6,709 nucleotides of DNA from a virus. The stretch is from positions 1-6,709 of the IMG/VR virus record IMGVR_UViG_3300045988_000012. One strand, written 5' to 3'. The position numbers were made by a program, and so were the translations under genes. This document shows positions 1 to 3,888 of this stretch, one piece after another; within the stretch, counting starts at the first letter, position 1, and every line of letters begins with the position of its first letter. The notes beneath the pieces are model-generated. The model was not told where the DNA came from. It saw only the letters and a list, made by a program, of their open reading frames with translations, and ran no database searches.

Positions 1-55
1 AATTAACTGGTACTTCTTCTTCTTCTTCTCTGAAAATCTCTGCTTTGCGTTCTGC
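1..55. repeat. Terminal redundancy (assembly overlap) of a circular genome; exact copy of 6655-6709
   Basis: AATTAACTGGTACTTCTTCTTCTTCTTCTCTGAAAATCTCTGCTTTGCGTTCTGC at 1-55 is identical base for base to 6655-6709. The offset is 6,654 nt, a multiple of 3, and the capsid reading frame is continuous across the junction. Confidence 0.95.
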
Positions 56-854
56 CACCGCTTTACAGAAATATAAGGAGATTCAGAATAGTAACGACCC
101 CGATTTTGCTAATCAAGTTTTGGCACATTTTGGAATTAAGCCTAAGGTTGATGCACGTACATCTATTTTTATAGGTGGTGATGATAAGACTCTTAGTATT
201 AATCCACAAGTTAATACCAATTTCCTTGATGGTGGTCAACCGGATATTAAGGCTATCGGAGTTGGTGATTTGTCTGCCGGCTGTAAGTTTACTGCTTCTA
301 CCTATGGTATGATTATTGGCATTTATCGTGCTGTTCCTCAGCTTGATTATTCTCGTGTTGGTATTGACCGTAATTTGTTTAAGACTGACGCTACCGATTT
401 TCCTATTCCCGAATTAGATAGTATTGGCATGCAAACTCAGTTTCGTTGTGAATTATCTGCGCCTTTAATTGGTGTTTGTGATAAACTCCTTCCTTATGAG
501 TTTACTAAAAATTCTTTGGATATGGCTGTTACCTATGGTTATGCACCACGTTATGCTGAACTTAAAAGTGCTCGTGATTACTTCGAAGGTGGTTTTTGTG
601 GTACTTATAAGACTTGGGTTACTGGTTATGACCAAACTTTTCTTTCTCGTTGGCGCCGTAATTTAGGTGACCCGTCTCTTGCTAATTATGGCAGTATTGA
701 TGATTTGTTTAAGTGTCGTCCGTCTTTGCTCTACCCTATCTTTGTAAATCAGTGGTCGGGTACTGTAAATGATGATAAGCTTCTTATTGGTAGTGTTAAT
801 ACTTGCGTTGCAGTCCGCCCATTCAGTATGTACGGTTTGCCTTACTCAAAATAA
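1..854 (+). CDS. VP1: Major capsid protein VP1 (F-like), C-terminal part; continuation of 5448-6654 across the circular junction (1-55 duplicates 6655-6709)
   Basis: This is the same frame (position mod 3 = 0) as the open frame running off the 3' end of the window, and it stops at TAA 852-854. The TTG start at 45 in the ORF track is an artefact of linearisation. Codon bias is strongly T-ending (GTT, GCT, CGT, GAT), as in the other structural genes. The ...LRSATALQKYKEIQ...GMIIGIYRAVPQLDY... region looks capsid-like from my recollection of Microviridae VP1 sequences. Confidence 0.9.
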   Translation, partial: LTGTSSSSSLKISALRSATALQKYKEIQNSNDPDFANQVLAHFGIKPKVDARTSIFIGGDDKTLSINPQVNTNFLDGGQPDIKAIGVGDLSAGCKFTASTYGMIIGIYRAVPQLDYSRVGIDRNLFKTDATDFPIPELDSIGMQTQFRCELSAPLIGVCDKLLPYEFTKNSLDMAVTYGYAPRYAELKSARDYFEGGFCGTYKTWVTGYDQTFLSRWRRNLGDPSLANYGSIDDLFKCRPSLLYPIFVNQWSGTVNDDKLLIGSVNTCVAVRPFSMYGLPYSK

Positions 855-871
855 TTTAAAATTGTTTGTTT

Positions 872-1321
872 ATGATAGCTAAAAATAAAGTTGTTTATGT
901 ACCACCTGTTTATGAGGAAGTACAGCTTGAAGTAACTTCTGTTGATGATAAGAATAACCCTTTGCGTTCATCTTTTCATACAGATGTCTCTTTGTTGCAG
1001 CGTATCGATAATATGCGTGCCGATGCACAGACGTTGCGAGAGATTAAGGAATCTCTTCAGCCTATGATTGACTCATCAAATTTTCGTTCTTTGTTTGAGG
1101 ATACATTCGGCTCTTTGACTGATGATGAACTCATTAACTCTTGTCCTTCTCGTTATGTTCAGACGGCTAGCGAGAAAATGTCTTATCTTAAAGAACTTGC
1201 CTTAAAGGATAAAGAAGTTCGTGATAAGGCTGCTGCTGCTCTTAAGGATAAAGAGGAAAAAGAAAAGGCTGAAAAAGAAAACGCTGATTTTCAATCTCGT
1301 TTAATGGAAATCTTTAAGTAG
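872..1321 (+). CDS. Hypothetical 149-aa protein; possible internal scaffolding protein (VP3-like) with a Lys/Glu-rich C-terminal helix
   Basis: ATG 872 is in frame with the track's TTG 866, 17 nt after the VP1 stop, and the ORF ends at TAG 1319-1321. Codon bias is T-ending like the neighbouring genes. It sits between VP1 and VP2. The segment SLTDDELINSCPSRYVQTASEKMSYLKEL loosely resembles the LPS.IR..F...P..FL.F region of gokushovirus VP3, from memory and not searched. The C-terminus KDKEVRDKAAAALKDKEEKEKAEKEN is predicted helical and charged. Confidence 0.6.
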   Translation: MIAKNKVVYVPPVYEEVQLEVTSVDDKNNPLRSSFHTDVSLLQRIDNMRADAQTLREIKESLQPMIDSSNFRSLFEDTFGSLTDDELINSCPSRYVQTASEKMSYLKELALKDKEVRDKAAAALKDKEEKEKAEKENADFQSRLMEIFK

Positions 1322-1329
1322 TCTTGCCT

Positions 1330-2784
1330 ATGTTGTCTAATATAATTTCATGGAGTACTGCCGCTTTTGGCGGTGCTCCTTTTCGCTTAAGTAAGTGTAC
1401 CGCTTTAACTTCTGCTGCTGGTGGTGCTGCTGCTGGTTCTGCTGCTGGTGGTGTTCCTGGCGCATTAGTTGGTGGTGCTCTTGGTGTTGCTAGTTCATTG
1501 CTTGGTGGTTTTTTTGGTAAACATAATACCAATAAGGTTAACCAAATGAATTATAAAATCATGCAAGAGCAGAATCGCTTTAATGCTGAGGAATCTAAGA
1601 AAAATCGAGACTGGCAAGAGTTGATGTATCGCATGTTTGGTACTTCATCAGCAAAAGCTAATGATATGCGTGCAGCAGGTCTCAATGCTCTTCTTGGTGA
1701 TGTTTCAGCTAGTGGAAATGTTGGTAGTGGTTCTGCTGCTACTGCTGCCGAATCTGCTCAAATGATGCCTACCGATTATTCATTTATTGGTGACTCTGCT
1801 AACCGTGGTTTGGCTGCATACAATACTACCCGTTCTGTTGATGCCTCTGTTTCTCTTCAGAAATCACAGGAGAACGTTAATAAGTCTATTGAAGGTGTTA
1901 ACATGGCTCATAAAGGTCTTATGGAATCTCAAACCGATTTGCAAAAAATAACTTATAAGTTTGCTTTGGATACTTATCAGAATAGGTTGCTACAAGAGCA
2001 ATTTAAGGCAGAATTGGAAAATTGGCAAGGTTTTGATGCTATGTTCAATGCCCGCTTAAAGGCTTTTAGTTTGTACAATGTAATGCCGCAAGAGGTTGAG
2101 AAAAATGTTGCGCAAACTATGTCTTTTTATGCATCTGCCTTTCGTGATATTGCTGAAGGTAAATATACACTTAAGCAAACAGAGAATTATGGCAAGTGGC
2201 TTTCTATTCAGCAGACGTTTGCACATGCTGCTACTGTGCAAGGTCAAGCCGCTATAATGCAAGGTCGTGCCGCTCTTACAAATGCTAATGCCAATGCAAG
2301 TTACCTTAAACAGTTAGGTGGCTATTATGGCGCTTTGACTTCTGGTCAACACATGTCTAATGATATTCAACGTTATTATACTGATTTCATGTTAGGTAAA
2401 ATGCCCATTGGTAAGGCTGAAAGTATTTTGCGTCAAACACCTTATAAACATTTGCTAGATTTGAACATTCAGCAGAATGAGTGGTCTTTAAACAAGTTGA
2501 TGCAAGAACCCGACTTGCTACGTTCTTTGAGTGGTATGTATAAATCCGAAACATCACTTACTAATAAGCGTGTTGATAGTTATGATACCGATAAAATCTT
2601 TGAGCGTGGTGAATCTGTTACTCGTATGTTCAAAAACGTTTCAGATGGTATTAGTAACTTTACCCCTAAGCCTAAGTTTAACAAAGGTTCTTCTACAAAT
2701 GGTGAGCCTACTCCACCACCCAGTGGTAAATCTTGGCTTGATGCGTATCGTGAAAACCCTAACTATAGTCCTACAGGCTATTAA
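1330..2784 (+). CDS. VP2: Minor capsid / DNA pilot protein VP2 (H-like)
   Basis: ATG 1330 (the track uses TTG 1324) to TAA 2782-2784. A Gly/Ala-rich hydrophobic N-terminus (SAAGGAAAGSAAGGVPGALVGGALGVASSLLGGFFG) is followed by QNRFNAEESKKNRDWQELMYRMFGTSSAKANDMRAAGLNALLG. That matches the conserved F-N-x-x-E-x-x-K-N-R-D-[FW]-Q-E ... M-[KR]-A-A-G-L-N motif of Microviridae VP2 proteins. Size is 484 aa and the position is downstream of the capsid gene. Confidence 0.85.
   Translation: MLSNIISWSTAAFGGAPFRLSKCTALTSAAGGAAAGSAAGGVPGALVGGALGVASSLLGGFFGKHNTNKVNQMNYKIMQEQNRFNAEESKKNRDWQELMYRMFGTSSAKANDMRAAGLNALLGDVSASGNVGSGSAATAAESAQMMPTDYSFIGDSANRGLAAYNTTRSVDASVSLQKSQENVNKSIEGVNMAHKGLMESQTDLQKITYKFALDTYQNRLLQEQFKAELENWQGFDAMFNARLKAFSLYNVMPQEVEKNVAQTMSFYASAFRDIAEGKYTLKQTENYGKWLSIQQTFAHAATVQGQAAIMQGRAALTNANANASYLKQLGGYYGALTSGQHMSNDIQRYYTDFMLGKMPIGKAESILRQTPYKHLLDLNIQQNEWSLNKLMQEPDLLRSLSGMYKSETSLTNKRVDSYDTDKIFERGESVTRMFKNVSDGISNFTPKPKFNKGSSTNGEPTPPPSGKSWLDAYRENPNYSPTGY
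1411..1453 (+). repeat. In-frame 27-nt-period tandem duplication inside the Gly/Ala-rich region of VP2
   Basis: TCTGCTGCTGGTGGTG occurs exactly at 1411-1426 and 1438-1453, encoding SAAGG...SAAGG. The surrounding sequence is (GCT/GGT)n low complexity. Confidence 0.8.
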
Positions 2785-2793
2785 TAACAATTT

Positions 2794-2827
2794 GGGCGCA
2801 AAGGTTAATTCCCTTGCGCCCTTTTTT
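2794..2827 (+). terminator. Rho-independent terminator after VP2
   Basis: GGGCGCAA (2794-2801) pairs perfectly with TTGCGCCC (2814-2821). Two further G-C pairs (2803-2804 with 2811-2812) follow one mismatch, leaving loop TTAATT. The stem is followed immediately by TTTTTT (2822-2827) and lies 10 nt after the VP2 stop. Confidence 0.75.
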
Positions 2828-2982
2828 CTGATACTACCAAAATAATTTAGTTAATTATCTGTTTATTGTACGTTTAATAATGCAAACACGTTTTTAGATA
2901 ATTCTCATTCAACATAAATACCTTCCGTAAAAATCTATATTTTTTTTATGAAATAATAAAAATTTTATATTCTACTATTAAT

Positions 2983-3048
2983 GTATCTGTTTTGTTTTTG
3001 TGTGCGTGCGCAATTTTACGTACGTACACAATTTAACTAAACAGATAC
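2983..3048 (+). repeat. Compound imperfect inverted repeat (66-nt hairpin) in the non-coding region
   Basis: The outer stem GTATCTGTTT (2983-2992) pairs with AAACAGATAC (3039-3048), 10/10 bp, with 3 more pairs (2994-2996 with 3035-3037). The inner stem 2999-3010 pairs with 3019-3030 (TGTGTGCGTGCG / CGTACGTACACA), 12 pairs of which 2 are G-T (3004-3025, 3008-3021). The loop is CAATTTTA. An AT-rich tract (about 2921-2980) lies just upstream. Confidence 0.7.
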
Positions 3049-3184
3049 TACATATTGGTTTGTCTGCTAGAAAAACCTTAGCTTTGCGCGGAAAAGTTTG
3101 TAACAACTTAGTAACTACCTTTTTATGAAAATTTTCTCCCGAAAATTCCTACTTTCTTGTTATAGGTAGGCAAAAGTGGGAATA

Positions 3185-3258
3185 CACTTTCCTAGTTACT
3201 GCACTTTTGTTCCTTAGTTACTATATTCCTAATTATTGTTAACAAATTTGGTAGTTAC
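3185..3258 (+). repeat. Iterated TAGTTAC(T) motif: two adjacent imperfect direct repeats plus a third copy inside the promoter spacer; an inverted copy lies at 3111-3117
   Basis: CACTTTCCTAGTTACT (3185-3200) and CACTTTTGTTCCTTAGTTACT (3202-3222) are adjacent. TAGTTAC recurs at 3252-3258. The reverse complement GTAACTA is at 3111-3117. AAAGTG (3173-3178) can pair with CACTTT (3185-3190), or AAAAGTG (3172-3178) with CACTTTT (3202-3208). Confidence 0.6.
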
Positions 3259-3279
3259 AAAACTTTTTCTTTATCTTTG
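3247..3279 (+). promoter_or_regulatory. Bacteroides-type promoter (-33 TTTG / -7 TAnnTTTG)
   Basis: TTTG at 3247-3250 and TATCTTTG at 3272-3279 are separated by 21 nt. This matches the Bacteroides primary-sigma consensus TTTG-N19-21-TAnnTTTG. It is the only full match I found in the non-coding region, and it sits directly upstream of the small-ORF/VP4/VP1 gene string. Confidence 0.55.
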
Positions 3280-3283
3280 CACC

Positions 3284-3502
3284 GTGAAAAAGGAAATTAT
3301 AAAAATTATCATCAAAGTAGCGCTGTATGCGCTTGGATTGATAGCTGCTTATTTTGGTGTCTCTACCATGACATCTTGCAGTACGTCGCATAATGTAGTT
3401 GCTAGTGGTTGCACTACTATTGTATCAGTTGATACCACAATTGTCAAACATAACGGTTTTACCCGTTCTAAAAATTATTCGCCTTATGAAAAGAATTTCT
3501 AG
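3284..3502 (+). CDS. Small (72-aa) predicted membrane-anchored protein or lipoprotein; start uncertain (GTG 3284; alternatives TTG 3236 or ATG 3368)
   Basis: From GTG 3284 the product is (M)KKEIIKIIIKVALYALGLIAAYFGVSTMTSC-STSHNVVASGCTTIVSVDTTIVKHNGFTRSKNYSPYEKNF. It has a Lys-rich n-region, a ~20-aa hydrophobic core and a lipobox-like MTSC. It ends at TAG 3500-3502 and overlaps the next ORF by 17 nt. The GTG lies only 5 nt after the -7 box, so the mRNA would be near-leaderless. Confidence 0.45.
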   Translation: MKKEIIKIIIKVALYALGLIAAYFGVSTMTSCSTSHNVVASGCTTIVSVDTTIVKHNGFTRSKNYSPYEKNF

Positions 3503-3665
3503 TCGCTGTTTCATTGTTGAAGTTAACGGTGTTCAGTATGTTGTTAAGTATGGTAAGATTGATGAGTTTCTTTGTCTCTTTTTGCCTAGTGTTGTTGTTG
3601 TTTCTAGTATGACAACTTCGCCTGTTTCTTGGGAACATGATTATCAATGGTATAAACGAATTTAA
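3486..3665 (+). CDS. Hypothetical 59-aa protein
   Basis: ATG 3486 is in frame within track ORF 3399-3665. The product is MKRISSRCFIVEVNGVQYVVKYGKIDEFLCLFLPSVVVVSSMTTSPVSWEHDYQWYKRI. Codon usage is T-ending like the phage genes. It is packed between its neighbours, with a 17-nt overlap upstream and an 11-nt gap downstream. I recognise no family. Confidence 0.5.
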   Translation: MKRISSRCFIVEVNGVQYVVKYGKIDEFLCLFLPSVVVVSSMTTSPVSWEHDYQWYKRI

Positions 3666-3676
3666 TTTATTTGCTT

Positions 3677-3886
3677 ATGACGGCTAAAGATTATTTGACT
3701 GCCTTAAAGGTTATTCGTGAGATTCAGCGTAAGCAAGCTTATTCTACAGGCTCTTCTCAACCCTTTTTGGCTGACACTTTGAAAACTATTGAGCTTTATT
3801 GCCCTTTGGATTTTTCAAAAACTTGTGGTCGTGTTACAAAAGAAGTTCTTTTAAGTTCTTATACTGGTAAGTTATTTAAATCATAA
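3677..3886 (+). CDS. Hypothetical 69-aa protein
   Basis: ATG 3677 (the track uses TTG 3671) to TAA 3884-3886, 2 nt before the VP4 ATG. The product is MTAKDYLTALKVIREIQRKQAYSTGSSQPFLADTLKTIELYCPLDFSKTCGRVTKEVLLSSYTGKLFKS. It uses CGT-Arg and T-ending codons like the core genes. I recognise no family. Confidence 0.6.
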   Translation: MTAKDYLTALKVIREIQRKQAYSTGSSQPFLADTLKTIELYCPLDFSKTCGRVTKEVLLSSYTGKLFKS

Positions 3887-3888
3887 TT

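Noticed and set aside
45-854. Track ORF of 269 aa starting at TTG 45 as a stand-alone gene
   Set aside because: It is the C-terminal 40% of VP1. The frame is open upstream to position 1 and continues from 6654 across the circular junction. The TTG is merely the first alternative start after the window edge.
866-871. Alternative TTG starts used by the ORF track (866, 1324, 3671, and the long upstream extensions 3236 and 3399)
   Set aside because: An in-frame ATG lies 6 nt downstream in three cases (872, 1330, 3677) and gives tighter gene packing. The 3399 extension would overlap the preceding ORF by ~100 nt and is hydrophobic +1-type sequence. The 3236 extension runs through the iteron and promoter region.
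1314-1532. Minus-strand 72-aa Pro/Ala-rich ORF
   Set aside because: It is the antisense reading of the (GCT/GGT)n tract encoding the Gly/Ala-rich N-terminus of VP2. Such repeats are stop-free in several frames. It has no start context, and every supported gene is on the + strand.
2056-2262. Minus-strand ORFs (2056-2262, 4012-4212, 5463-5720, 6321-6539)
   Set aside because: They are short (66-85 aa) and sit opposite well-supported + strand genes. Their Arg/Lys/Ile/Asn-rich composition is typical of antisense A-rich sequence. No promoter-like CAAAnnTA elements were found on this strand. Microviridae transcribe one strand only.
2531-2845. +1-frame hydrophobic ORFs inside VP1 and VP2 (469-666, 2531-2845, 5500-5733, 5965-6177, 6367-6633) as possible phiX174 E-like lysis genes
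   Set aside because: All lie in the +1 frame of genes with extreme T-ending codon bias. That bias automatically removes +1 stops and puts T at the second codon position, producing Leu/Val/Ile/Phe strings. Most have non-ATG starts, and 2531-2845 runs through the VP2 stop and the terminator. An E-like origin cannot be excluded, but nothing in the sequence supports it.
3004-3040. dif/XerCD-like recombination site, since microvirus prophages in Bacteroidota are proposed to integrate via Xer
   Set aside because: GTGCGCA (3006-3012) and the reverse complement of ATTTAAC (3031-3037) each share 7 nt with the E. coli dif arms. However, the second arm is in the wrong orientation and about 25 nt away instead of across a 6-nt spacer. 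I do not remember the Bacteroidota dif consensus well enough to test it. The region is better explained as part of the hairpin.
3059-3086. Second promoter-like element (TTTG 3059-3062 and TAGCTTTG 3079-3086)
   Set aside because: The -7 box matches TAnnTTTG but the spacer is only 16 nt against the expected 19-21. The only ORF downstream is a 14-codon mini-ORF (3125-3169). I kept it as a weak possibility only.
3127-3148. Perfect 10-bp palindrome GAAAATTTTC (3127-3136) followed by GAAAATTC (3141-3148)
   Set aside because: This is a short A/T-only palindrome in an AT-rich region, so it is plausible by chance. It has no flanking context such as a loop, a repeat array or promoter overlap to suggest a function.
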